A stretch of 64,000 nt of DNA, taken from assembly GCA_030390025.1 (NCBI GenBank), contig CM059432.1, positions 85,996,001 through 86,060,000 on the forward strand, in the 5' to 3' direction. The stretch comes from Squalus acanthias. Lineage: Eukaryota. The stretch's first letter is position 1. Each line of letters begins with the position of its first letter. Below the pieces are notes generated by a model, which had not been told where the DNA came from, ran no database searches, and worked only from the letters and a program-made list of their open reading frames with translations. This document shows positions 13,280-25,400 of the stretch, in pieces. The position numbers and the translations under genes were made by a program.

Positions 13280-13760
13280 ACATAGGAACATGAATAGGCT
13301 ATTCAGCCCCTCGAGCCTGTTCCTCCATTCAATTAGATCATGGCTGATTGTACCTCAACTCCATTTACCCACCTTTGTTCCATATCCCTTAGTACCTTTA
13401 CCTAACAAAAATCTATCAATCTCAGCCGTGGAAAAATTCAATTGACCCAGCATCAACAGACTTTTGGGGCAGCGAGTTCCAGATTTCCAATACCCTTTGC
13501 GTGAAATTAAGAAGGAGATAGATAGATTTCTAGACACAAAAGGCATCAAGGGGTATGGGGAGAGAGCGGGAATATGGTATTGAGATAGAGGAGCAGCCAT
13601 AATCACATTGAATGACAGAGCAGGCTCAAAGGGCCGAATGGCCTACTCATGCTCCTATTTTTCTATGTTTCTAAAACTTGCTTCCTTATTTCACTCCTGA
13701 ATGGCCTAGCTCTAGTTTTACGACTATGCCCCCTTGTTCTGGATTCCCCCACCAGAGGAG
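13280..13760 (-). mobile_element. CR1 3' fragment with a nested + strand CR1 tail (about 13507-13672)
   Basis: EIDRFL..KGTKGYG..GKWS on minus strand; inner KKEIDRFLDTKGIKGYGERAG plus ttctatgtttct tail on plus strand. Confidence 0.75.
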
Positions 13761-13957
13761 GCTAAAAATGACCTAGATATCACATGTATTAAAGTGATTG
13801 TGTGGTGTTATACATGTACACATTGGAGAGAAAAATGTTGTACCTTATGTACCACAAGGAATTGTTGAGGCGAATAGCATAGATGCATTTAAAGGGAAGC
13901 TAGATAAGCACATGAAAGAAAAAGGAATAGAAGGATATATTGATGGGGTTTTGGGTA

Positions 13958-15570
13958 TTGGGGAAATTGATGGGACTGAAGGCTGAAAAATCCCCGGGGC
14001 CTGATGGTCTGCATCCCAGAGTACTTAAGGAGGTGGCCTTGGAAATAGTGGATGCATTGACGATCATTTTCCAACATTCCTTAGACTCTGGATCAGTTCC
14101 GATGGAGTGGAGGGTGGCCAATGTAACCCCTCTTTTTAAAAAAGGAGGGAGGGAGAAAGCAGGGAATTATAGACCGGTCAGCCTGACATCGGTCGTGGGT
14201 AAAATGATGGAAGCAATTATTAAAGATGTCATAACAGACCATTTGGAAAGTGGCGACATGATAGGTCCAAGTCAGCATGGATTTGTGAAAGGGAAATCAT
14301 GCTTGACAAATCTTCTGGAATTTTTTGAGGATGTTTCCAATAGGGTGGACAGGGGGGAACCAGTAGATGTGGTGTATTTGGACTTTCAGAAGGCCTTCGA
14401 CAAGGTCCCACACAAGAGATTGGTGAGCAAAGTTAAAGCACATGGGATTGGGGGTAATGTGTTGACGTGGATTGAGAACTGGTTGGCACACAGGAAACAA
14501 AGAGTAGGAGTAAATGGGTACTTTTCAGAATGGCAGGCAGTGACCAGCGGGGTACCGCAGGGTTCGGTGCTGGGACCCCAGCTGTTTACATTATATATTA
14601 ATGATTTGGACGAAGGGATTAAATGTAATATCTCCAAATTTGCGGATGACACTAAATTGGGAGGCAGTGTGAACAATGAGGAGGATGCTAGGAGGCTACA
14701 GAGTGACTTGGACAGGTTGGGTGAATGGGCAAATGTATGGCAGATGAAGTACAATGTGGATAAATGTGAGGTTATCCACTTTGGTGGTAAAAATAGAGAG
14801 GCGGACTATTACCTGAATGGTGGCAGATTAGGGAAAGGGGACGTGCAACGAGACCTGGGCGTCATGGTACATCAGTCACTGAAGGTGGGAATGCAAGTGC
14901 AGCAGGCAGTCAAGAAAGCAAACGGAATGATGGCCTTCATAGCAAGGGGATTTGAGTACAGGAGTAGGGAGGTGATGCTACAGTTGTACAGGGCCTTGGT
15001 GAGGCCACACCTGGAGTATTGTGCGCAGTTTTGGTCTCCTAACTTAAGGAAGGACATTCTTGCTATTGAGGGAGTGCAGCGAAGGCTCACTAGATTGATT
15101 CCTGGGATGGCCGGACTGACATATCAAGAAAGATTGGGTCAACTGAACTTGTATCCTCTGGAGTTCAGAAGAATGAGGGGGGATCTTATAGAGACATTTA
15201 AAATCCTGACTGGTTTAGACAAATTAGATGCGGGCAGAATGTTCCCAATGGTAGGGAAAACTAGAACCAGGGGTCACAGTCTAAGGATTAAGGGGAAGCC
15301 ATTTAGGACTGAGCTGAGGAGGAACTTCTTCACCCAGAGAGTGGTGAATCTATGGAATTCTCTTCCACAGAAGGTTGTTGAGGCCAGTTCGCTAAATATA
15401 TTCAAAAGGGAGTTAGATATAACACTCACAACTAAGGGGATCAAGGGGTATGGCGAGAAAGCAGGAATGGGGTACTGAGGTAGCATGTTCAGCCATGAAT
15501 GCATTGAATGGCGGTGCAGGCTCGAAGGACCGAATGGTCTACTCCTGTACCTATTTTCTATGTTTCTATG
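13958..15570 (+). mobile_element. Young 5'-truncated CR1 LINE with an uninterrupted RT and C-terminal ORF
   Basis: ORF 13940-15478 (512 aa) without stops, all CR1 RT motifs; tail ttctatgtttctatg; inserted into another CR1 tail (about 13845-15665). Confidence 0.95.
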
Positions 15571-15851
15571 TTAAGAGGGTGGGAGGAGGCTCGTGTGGAG
15601 CATAAACACCGGCATGTCCCTGTTCAGCCAAATGGCCTGTTTCTGTGCTGTAAATACTTTGTAACTTTAAAATATATTTCTTTTCCCAGGCACTCCTTCT
15701 CCTTTTAGTATTTTTTTAAATGTTTGTAATCTAAATTCTGTACAACAAAAATTTTAGTTCAACAGAAATATTAGTCTAAATAAAACATATTAGCTGCAAT
15801 ATGTACATATTTAAATGTGCAATCTTCTATATGTGATCCACTTGTTTTTAG

Positions 15852-15957
15852 ATAATTGCTATGCAGGATGGGAAGATTGAAACCCAAGGTACCTACCAGG
15901 ACATCTCTAAACAAAATCCAAATCTGGTAAAAGCTTGGAAAAGCCTGACTATAAAAG
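15852..15957 (+). CDS. ABCC SUR-like exon: end of NBD1
   Basis: ttttag|ATAATT..AAAG|gtttgt; IIAMQDGKIETQGTYQDISKQNPNLVKAWKSLTIK, matching SUR IIAMKDG..GT..DI. Confidence 0.88.
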
Positions 15958-18052
15958 GTTTGTCTCTTAGCATAAAATGCATTAAATACCATTGTTCTTT
16001 CAAAGGTAAAAATAAGGCCAAGAATATATACTATAAAAGGTCCGAGCTATGGAGAACTGTACTAATGTGGAAATTTGAGCTGTACACACTTAACTCTACT
16101 GTGCAATATGTCTCCCCATTTCTAATCAATCCACATCTACTCTAGAATTACTATTTTTTAACCTTTGTGGGTCTTGCTTATTGGATTACTAATAAATTGA
16201 AGAAAAAATATATATTAGACATTTCCATTAAAAATTGTTATCTGCACAGAATTTTTCTGATCAAATAAGTGCTTAAATAATGCAATATTGGCGAGCCTTA
16301 TAATATGGACCTTCTGTACTAATATATCTGTAGTCTTGCATCTGATGCTCATTTCCAGTACACATTTCTCTTAATTCCTGTGTTGTAATTTTTGAGTAAC
16401 ATTTTATATGTCAACATTTATAATGAGAAATCCCTATGGCAACATTAATCAGTGTGAGTTGAAGTAGAGTTTGTTGCCCAATCCTAAGAGACATTTGAGA
16501 ATTTCTTTGCTTTTTCCAAAACACTTTGAAACAAACTGGACACTGAGTTCTTAAAGCTTTATTATGGTCCAGTTTCTCATTTAAAATATTAACAGCTGTT
16601 CCTTTTTCTGTTATGACATTTAGACAATACGTATGATTAGCAGCAACTCTGATTTCCTTGGCAGTTAGAAAGCAAAACAAAAATTGATTACTGAGAATGT
16701 AATTGTTTTTCCAAATGAAACATAAGTTTGAATGATTGTGTTCCTCCTGATTAGCTGCTGTCCATATCAATTATGGCAAACCACTCCTTTCATTATCTAG
16801 TTTAAAAAGCCTTTCTCTTCAGAAACATTTTGGGGGCTTAAGGATAGTTTTTATGTATAAAAAATGGAGAAACTGTAAATGATGAACCTTTTGAGTTTAT
16901 AGAAGATTTTTTTTTGTTAATGAAAATTTCCGATTATTAAAAACTATATAAGTCAGCAAACTTACTAATAGTACGCTCGATGCCTTAACTCAGGAACATA
17001 AGGATAAGAACTGGCTGCCAAGGCGGAAAGTGGTCTGAAAGGTGCCACGGTCAATTTGAGTCCCATTCTCCTGGATCCCCCTCCACCCACAAGGCTGTTA
17101 GATCCTGTTGTTCCAACATTGCCAGATCCCACCAACTCCCTCATACTGCCTGACTCTGTTTCTTTCCAGACCTGCTGCCCCCCCAGCGTGCAACTCCCTG
17201 ACTCCCTCTCGGTACTCAAAATCATAGAGCACATTCCTAGTACTCTCTGCTTCCAGACCCTGGGACCTTTCTCACCAAATGCTCCCAAAACTTAGAACCC
17301 TTTCCAGTGTTGCAAGAACCCACCTCTGCTACACTTCCCTGTGCTCCTAGATCATGGCACCTTCCTCAAAGTACTGCAAGATCCTGAGTTCCCAGACTGC
17401 AGATCCTAAACCCTTCCCCAGTGCCCCCAGATCTCGGGGTGGCCCCCAATGCTGATAAATCAGTATCCCTAATAACACAGCTTGGCATAATACCACTTAT
17501 GAAACTTCTGAACCACTGTGAGCGACGTCACAGGAGATCTGTTAGCATATATTACTTTTGTGGCTTGTAAAGTTCCACCCAATGTCGTATCAAATCCAAG
17601 AGTAAAAGTGAACTTCATATTTTTCACATCTGTTACTTGATAGTACGTCTGTCATTAGTGACCGCCAAAGCTTTCATTGTGAAGGTGACTGAACGCTGAA
17701 ACTATTAGTCAGTGGCAGTATTTCATTAGCAGTCTGGAAAACTAGTCTACTGATGGTATTCACTTTTGCCTAAGCCATTTTTAACAGCTTCTCTTGACAT
17801 AAATCATTGTTAGAAAAGGATGGTATTTTCCAGGTTATCTTCTCCTGGGTTGTGTAGCACCTGCTTTTTAATTTGTACGGGAGAAACATCTCCAAGAAAT
17901 ACACTCTGCTCCAACTTAATTATTACTTGAGGGCAGAGGAAATTGTTGAAGTACTTTACTTATCAGCACCAGATTCATCTTGAGTTTTGATCTTATCAGC
18001 AAATTATAATTGGACATCTGCCAAGACTAGGACAATTTTTTAAATATGTATT

Positions 18053-18811
18053 GGCCCAAAAATTAGTGAGTGAGCCTTCGTGCGAGGGTAAGGCTTCCAC
18101 GCGATCTCTCACTGCGCGCTGGCTTTTTTATTCCCAGCTCGCACGAACTTGATGTTCTGGACAGCAGCTGTGCAGGGCTTCCGTATCCCACAGGCATAGT
18201 TAATTCGTGCGAGCTGTGGGATCACGTGACTCAGTTAGAGCCAATGGCAGCACACCATCTTTCATTCATAGCTTTCACAGCACGGCTGTGAAAGCTATGA
18301 ATACTATACCCCCCAAAAGAACAGCTAAACCTCAATTAAATTTTTTTTAAAAACCATCACATTAATAAAATAAGTATAGTTAAATAAATTAACCATTTTA
18401 AACAAAAAATAAAATTTTTGAAAAAATTTAAAATCTTTTAAAAAGTTATAAAAATAAACTTACCTGTCTTTAAAGTCTCTAAAAAAAGATATACCTGTTT
18501 AAAAAAAAAATTCAAAATAATACTTAATTAACCTTGTTAAAAGAGGGTCTTACGCCTCCTTTCTTTATGTCTAAAATGTTCCATGCTTACCTGCGCGTTC
18601 AAAGCACTAAGTGCACTGCGTGCGCGCAGCCTGTAGCGCGCACGCGGTTCACCTAGGAACCGCCCCCTTTTGAATTCACCGCCCCCTTTTGAATTCACCA
18701 AGTGCCGGTTTTCAGCGCATGCGCAGTGCATGCAGAAAACCGGCAATTGGAGACAGAATACGCGAGAGTACACAGTGCGTACTCTCGCGTAGCGGCACTA
18801 ATTTTTGGGCC
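18053..18811. mobile_element. Harbinger-like MITE
   Basis: TIRs ggcccaaaaattagtg / cactaatttttgggcc; TSD ATT; very similar to 44777-45517. Confidence 0.88.
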
Positions 18812-19333
18812 ATTATATATTAAAAGTAGTATATGGCTCACAGAATTTTATGCAGTACCTGTGAGGTCCATAGATGGCGCATTGATAGCTAATTCCAATC
18901 AAATTTAAGAAAGCCTTTAACATTGCATTTCAAAGTAAATTTGTTGCTGTAAACTGACTTTTCAAGAATCACTGCAATTACTCTGTATGACCACTATGGA
19001 GCAAGATCTCTCATTCAGGTAAATTGTAACTACAATCCTGTTTTCTGATTTTTGTTCATCAAATGCATTTGAAAATTGTAATGTTAGGCAGTGTTACCAT
19101 CCTGCACCTTTCCAGCAAACTAATGCTTCTGGTAGGAGTTGCAAATGAAGCTTTCCATATTGTCGCAGCCTCTGAGGCCGATGGTATTACAGTGGGCACC
19201 TTTGATCAATTTCCTGGTTTGGGGAAAAATACATTCTGGTGTCCTCTCTTTCCCCATCCTCCTCTTCCCCCATCCACAATAATTCCACAAGAGATTATTA
19301 GCGAAAATGAAAGCACACGGAGTTGGAGATAAT

Positions 19334-20094
19334 GGCCCAGAAATTCGGCTCCCTGGCTTCCCGCGGGTGCAATGATCGCGCGCGCACCTACCTACTGCGC
19401 CCTGCCGTTGACCTCTGGGCCCACGGGGACTTCAGCTACTGGGCCTCCTGCAGCTGCTGGCGCGCAGTGCTCGTGTATCCCAGGGGCGCAGTTAGTGCAA
19501 TGCGTCCCCTGGGATCACGTGGGCCATGGAGAGCCAATGGCAGCAGACCATCTTTCATTCATAGATTTGACAGGAAGACCTGTCAAATCTATGAATTGAA
19601 ATCGGCCCCAAAACAACATCTAAACTTCAAATAAATAAAAAAAAAATCACATTTTTAAAATAACTAAGTTAAATAAATTAACTACTTTAAACAAAAATTT
19701 AAATTTTTGAAAAAATTAAAATACTTTTTAACAGTGCTAAAAATAAACTTACCTTTCTTTAAAGTATCTAAAAAAGATAAACCTGTTGAAAAAATTTTTA
19801 AATTGTAATTAATTAACCACTTACCTTGTTAAAAACGGGTCTTGCGCCTCCTTTTTAAAAGCGCTGCTTCTTCCATACTTACCTTCCCGGAGAAACCTGA
19901 AAAAATACCTAAGTTCGCTGCGTGCACGCAGCCTCTCCCGCGCATGTGGTTCACCTCTCAACCCCTCCCTTCACGAGACCGGAAGTTCCGGTTTCCCGCG
20001 CATGCGCAGTGCATGCAGGAAACCGGCACTTCAGGAGGCCTTACGGGTGAGTACACAGCGCGTACTCGCCCGGCAAGTGCCGAATTATTGGCCC
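19334..20094. mobile_element. Harbinger-like MITE (related subfamily)
   Basis: TIRs ggcccagaaattcggc / gccgaattattggccc; TSD AAT; AT-rich core shared with the 18053 copy. Confidence 0.85.
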
Positions 20095-20099
20095 AATAT

Positions 20100-20670
20100 G
20101 ATATTGGGTAGTAATTGGTTAGGAGGTAGGAGACAGAGAGTAGGGATAAAGGCAATGTTCACTGATTGGCAGGATGTGACAAGTGGTGTTCCTCAGGAAT
20201 TTGTACTGGGGCTTCAGCTTTTCACCATATATATTAATGACCTGTATGAAGGAATAGAGAGTTAAATATCTGAGTTTGCAGATGACACTAAGTTAGGAGG
20301 CACAGCAAGTTGTGAGAATGGGAGCAGCAAGTTGCAAAGGGACATTGACAGACTAAGTGAGTGGGCAAGATTGTGGCAGCTGGATTTCAATGTGGGGAAA
20401 TGTGAGGTCATCCACTTTGGATCTGAGAAAAATAAATAGGAATATTTTCTTAATGGTGAGAGACTAGGAACTGTGGAAGAGTAAAGGGATTTGGGTGTCT
20501 GTGTGCAGAGATCACTAAAAGCTAGTGCATAGGTACGAAAAAATAATCAAAACAGCTACTGGAATTTTGGCCTTTATCTCAAGGGGGTTGGAACACAAAA
20601 ATGAGGAAGGGATACTTTAGTTGTACGGAGCCTTAGTCAAACACCACCTGGGTGTAGATACAGAGAAACT
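20100..20670 (+). mobile_element. Degenerate CR1 RT fragment
   Basis: NWLGGRRQRVGI..VTSGVPQ..FADDTKLGG with stops. Confidence 0.8.
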
Positions 20671-20672
20671 AT

Positions 20673-22388
20673 GGCTGGAATTTTGCCGGTGCTCAGTGGA
20701 CGGGTCGGTGGCGGGTCGGCAGTTAAAAGTGAATTGATTGACAGCGGGTCGGGAACTCACTGTCAAATCGCGCACACTTGCCTTTCCCGATGTCGGGTCT
20801 GCCAGTGCTGAGCAGACCTGATGGGCAGCGGCGGGGGAGCCAATTTAAATGATTAGTGACCTGTTTACAGCTACTTAACAATGGTTTTAAACTTGCCTAG
20901 AACTTAAGCTGTTGCTAGACATTGCCTATGAGGCTGAGGTGGAAGGTCAGTGGCCATTGATTCAGCTGATGAGTTGACAGCTTCAAATGTCAAGTAAAAG
21001 CTCCCCCTTTACAGAGATTTCTTCCCTCGTCCACAAGCTCTTCCTCACTGCATTTCCACAACAGATTCACCATGCTGCAAGTCTTTACACAAGTCTCCAT
21101 CCAGTCTGACCTCATTACCTCTCTCATCATTGATAGATCACTTCTGTCATCTCAACTTCAGCTACCATCTATTCCAGCAACATTGGTGCCCTTGAATAAA
21201 TCTCACCTTGGTCCTCTGAATCCCTCCACGATCAGCCCCAACACTAACATCACCAGGCACACCAGCAGCACCAACAACAATACCAACCTTCTCCGCAATC
21301 ACCTGATGCTGCGCAGGACACGGCATCAGCACCCAATCACATTGCGGCCAGGGATGGCCTCACCATGGCCAGATTTACTTCGCTTGACGCTGTACACCCT
21401 GGCTACCACATGATGCGCCAGGTTGGCACCACCCCACACCAACACCATAAAGCATCCCTACAATGCCCAAGCCATTCTTTTCACACTCCTCTCCATTGCG
21501 GGGGTACCGTTATGTCTCACCATTCACTGCAACTCACTAAGCCATTTCCAAACATGCACACAAATCTGTCCAAGAACGCAAAGTGTTGAAAATAAAGGTT
21601 TCAATGTTTGACACCACATTAACAGAAACTTTACATGAACATTGCATAAAACACCCAAATGCCTACCCTTGTGTGTTGTTAGTTGGTATGATTGCACTAG
21701 GATGAGGGTGAGTGTGAGGGGTGGCTAGTGAGATGGGGGATGTGATAATATAGATAGAGAGAGAGGGCTGGGTGGCGGTGCAAGGTAAGTTGGTGTGAGT
21801 AAGGATGTGCAGGAGTAGGGTAGGGAAGGCAGAGTGATGGGGATGTGATGAGAGGCACAGCAGGTTGAGGTTGAGTGTGGCTTTGTACTAACATTTCGTG
21901 ATCTACTGAGATCATTGAAACGCTTGCGGTACTGCACCCAGGTCCTCCTGACCACATCCCTGCTTGTGCCCTCCTCTGCAATGTGCAACCAGGCTGTGTT
22001 GATCTCCTGGGGAGGTCTCTTCCGCCCATGGTAAGGGAAGAGGACCTCCCTGCATGCTCTGACTCCCTCCATAAGCATATGGAGGGAGTCATGGGAGAGC
22101 CTGGGTGCAGCCCTGTGCAGTCATTGTCAGTGTTTGCAGCACCTCAATGCTGTAGAACACTGACAGCACAAATGTCAAAATAAATTTGGACTTGGTCCCT
22201 TTTACGGAAACCGGCTGATGACGCGTCATCAAATGACATCACCAAACCCGCTTCCTCTAATTGGCCGGAAAACGCGCTGGGCGGGCTTAACAAGCCCCAT
22301 CAAGGGAAATTCATTTTACACAGCAGGATGGAGCCAGCTCGGGTCCGTGACCCGCCACGGACCCGCCGAGGTCAGCAAAATCACGGCC
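20673..22388. mobile_element. Internally deleted PIF/Harbinger transposon with Myb/SANT-like gene remnant
   Basis: Imperfect TIRs ggctggaattttgc / gcaaaatcacggcc; flanks tat/tgt; minus ORF 21725-22078 resembles Harbinger Myb/SANT proteins. Confidence 0.8.
21895..22078 (-). pseudogene. Harbinger Myb/SANT-like DNA-binding protein remnant
   Basis: LMEGVRACREVLFP..AWLHIAEEGTSRDVVRRTWVQYRKRFNDL fits the W..IA..V....R...Q.RKRF.DL pattern. Confidence 0.75.
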
Positions 22389-22392
22389 TGTG

Positions 22393-23330
22393 ACCTAGAA
22401 ATTCGATCACACAGCACCCATTTTTTGGGCTTCATGCATTTACACACATGCACTACAAACCTTTGTATTTTCTATGATCCCACCTAATTCTGTATTATTT
22501 CTAACTCTAACTGTCTCTCCTAGTCTTCTGTGAACCTTTTTTCTAATTTTTAATGCTATATCTTGGTGCCCAAACCCCTGCTGAATTAGTTTAAAGCCTC
22601 CCCCACAGCAGTAGTTCACCTGCCCGGGTGGATATTGGTCCCAGCTCTGTTCAGGTGCAACCCGTCCATCTTGAACAGGTTCCTCCTGCCACAGAGTTGG
22701 TCCCAATGTCTCAGGAATCTGAAGCCCTCCCTCCTGTGCCATGTCTCTAGTCACGCATTAACCTGCCTTATTCTCCTATTTCTACGCTCACTAACACGTG
22801 GCACTGGGAGTAATCCAGAGATTATTACTTTTGAGATCCTGCTTTATAACTTCCTCCCTAGCTCCTTAAACTCTGACTGCAGGACCTCAACCCTCTTCGT
22901 CCCTATGTCGTTGGTTCCAACATGGACCATGACTTCTGCCTCTTCCCCTTCCCCCTAGAGAATGTTCTGCACCCTCTCTATGATGTCACTTACCCTGGCA
23001 CCAGGGAGGCAACATACCATATGTGTGTTATGTCGACCGTAGCAGAACTCCCTGTCTGTCCCCCTGACTATCTAATTCCCAGTTACTACTGCGTTCCTAC
23101 ACTTTGCTCTACCCAGTTGTGCTTTGTCTCATGGTGCCGGGCTTGGACTGCATTCCTTCGAGGTGTCCTCACCCTCACCGGTATTGAATGCTGAATATCG
23201 GTTTGAGAGTGCCACACTTTCAGAGAATTCTTGCACTGCCTGCCTCTTCCTACCCTTCCGGGTGGCCACCTGCTTGCTATTCTGAACTCTATCTGGCTGT
23301 GGGGTGACCACCTCCTGAAACCTGCGATCC
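22393..23330 (-). mobile_element. CR1 ORF1 (SGNH-esterase-like) fragment
   Basis: Minus strand VALSNRYSAF, VIVHVGTNDIG, KVIISGLLPVPR remnants; homologous to 43723-44610. Confidence 0.75.
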
Positions 23331-23914
23331 AGGAATTTTAGTAGCCAATAATTTTCGGCCACCAAATGAGGTCATTGCACTTTTTTCGCCATTGCAGCCA
23401 TGTCCTGGGCACTAAACTCCTGGCATTGGCCTCGTCTGCGATGTGTTCCCATTGGCGGTGGAGCTGTTGCCTGGGAGGGAAGGGGGGGAAATGAAAATCT
23501 GGCGGTTTCTATAATGGGTCACCACTCCACAACGGCAGTTTTATGCCCGAGTGGCAAGTTGAAAATCTACCCCAATGTGCTAAAAGATGAGAAGCCAATG
23601 AAAGTTAGTTGGGGTGATAGGTGAATAAGGACTTTGTGCAGGATGTGGCGGGCGAGTTGGAATTTACGTAGGGTGGAGAGGGCATTGGAAAAGTCAAGTC
23701 CGGAGGTGACAAAATTTCTATCAAGAGGAGGCAATAAGTGGAGACCAGGTATTTTCCCATGGGAAATTATAACCATCAACTTTCAAACCATTACATGGCT
23801 AGTTACAGAACATAATTGCTAGAAACAAAGCCAATATCTCCATATTGTGTGCGTATGTGTTTACCTTGTTTTTTTCTCCAGAAGTTAAAAATGTGTGAAA
23901 TTATGTTTTATTAG

Positions 23915-24204
23915 ATGACCATAAAGAAGATAAAGAATCCGATGCTGAAATGGTAGATGATGTTTCAAAAATGGAGAAAAAGCCCAATGATACTTTGAGT
24001 GGAAAACTGATGCAAGAAGAGGAAAAAGAAGAAGGATCCATATCCCTAAAAATCTACTGGCTTTATGCCCGCTCCATTGGCCTTTTCTTTTTCTTTTTTT
24101 TAATTCTCGCAGTGGTAACAAAACAAAGCTTTCTAGTAGCTGTTGATTTCTGGTTAGCTGAGTGGTCATCTGCAGGGAACCATTCAGAGACGACTACAAC
24201 TCAG
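23915..24204 (+). CDS. ABCC SUR-like exon: acidic linker and first TMD2 helix
   Basis: tattag|AT..ACTCAG|gtctgt; ..KLMQEEEKEEGSISLKIYWLYARSIG..KQSFLVAVDFWLAEWSS..; acceptor less certain than donor. Confidence 0.85.
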
Positions 24205-24370
24205 GTCTGTTATCAAAAGCTTTCTGTCTTCTTTCCAAAAATTCTTTGGTAACCCTAGCTCTACCACTAAATGTTAGACCAGAGTTAATACTTAAACTTG
24301 TTACTAAATGAACAGTCATATCCTTCCACTTAACTACCTTTATTGCTTTGTTTTTCTTGTATATCCTCAG

Positions 24371-24485
24371 TATGAAAATGATGTGGGAAGTGTCGTTTTC
24401 AATCATTACCTCTATGGATACATTGGGCTGGCTTGTGGAGGAATATTATGTGCTTTGTTCAGTTCCCTTGCACATGTCATTTCAG
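24371..24485 (+). CDS. ABCC SUR-like exon: TMD2
   Basis: cctcag|TAT..TCAG|gtttgt; YENDVGSVVFNHYLYGYIGLACGGILCALFSSLAHVIS(G). Confidence 0.88.
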
Positions 24486-24635
24486 GTTTGTGTATTCTTG
24501 CACTGACAATTGAACTAAACAAAAGTGTATGTATATTCTTTTTGCTGTCCTTTAGAATTGTTTTTACTTAAACTAATGTAAACTCCATACATTCAACGTT
24601 CATAGTGATTTCCTTATTCTTTTGCTATATTGAAG

Positions 24636-24738
24636 GTATCCGTGCTTCAAAATATCTCTTCACAAACATGCTGCAAAACGTTACAACCCTTCCATTAAGA
24701 TTCTTTGAAACCACACCTGTTGGAAGAATTCTAAACAG
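24636..24738 (+). CDS. ABCC SUR-like exon: TMD2 intracellular loop
   Basis: tgaag|GT..AACAG|gtctga; IRASKYLFTNMLQNVTTLPLRFFETTPVGRILN(R). Confidence 0.93.
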
Positions 24739-25400
24739 GTCTGAATCTTAGTTACATTAATTATATAGTTCACTGCCAGATAACCATGTTTTCTTATATT
24801 ATTACGGTGTAGTGTGACACAGGCATTTAGAAGCTGTAATTATAGTGGAAAGTGAGACTGAGGTGTTGTATGAATAGCTAACCAGAAATGTAGGCGATGT
24901 CAGAACTTCAGATATATATCCGCAAGCAACCCGGGGTAATTGCTGTTACCAAGGAGGGACATGATGTGGTAGTGCACTTAAAATTCAATACTGTCTTTTC
25001 ATTCCAAAACTTATATTCGGTGGGGTTTGAGTTTGCTGATATATTTTTTATATTAGAGGTTTACACGGTGATCTTAACAGACTGTGTGCGTCAAAGCTCT
25101 TCTTAGTGTCCTTCTTGTACCCAGAATAAATGCTTGATCACAACTCGGGTAAAAAGAATTGCATAATTACCAGTGCAGTTGGTAAAGTAACCTGGTCTCT
25201 TTTGCAGAAAAAACTTGTTCATTACCTGCCATAAATATGGAAATCAGTGGAGAAAACAGATCCCCTGCAATTAGGGCAGCATTTTGGATTACTGCAAAAT
25301 GCAAATCAAGTGCACTGTGAACCTTTGATTGTTGTTGGTTTAAGTAAACATTTAAATACACATCTGTGCGCAAATTCATTGAATCCTTGTTTATTTCCAG

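Noticed and set aside
13940..15478. Retron, DGR or host reverse transcriptase gene
   Set aside because: Typical CR1 ORF2 C-terminal half with CR1 3' UTR and tail; many homologous copies in the window
16965..17460. C-rich degenerate repeat with short ORFs on both strands
   Set aside because: Low complexity with no recognisable domain or consistent period
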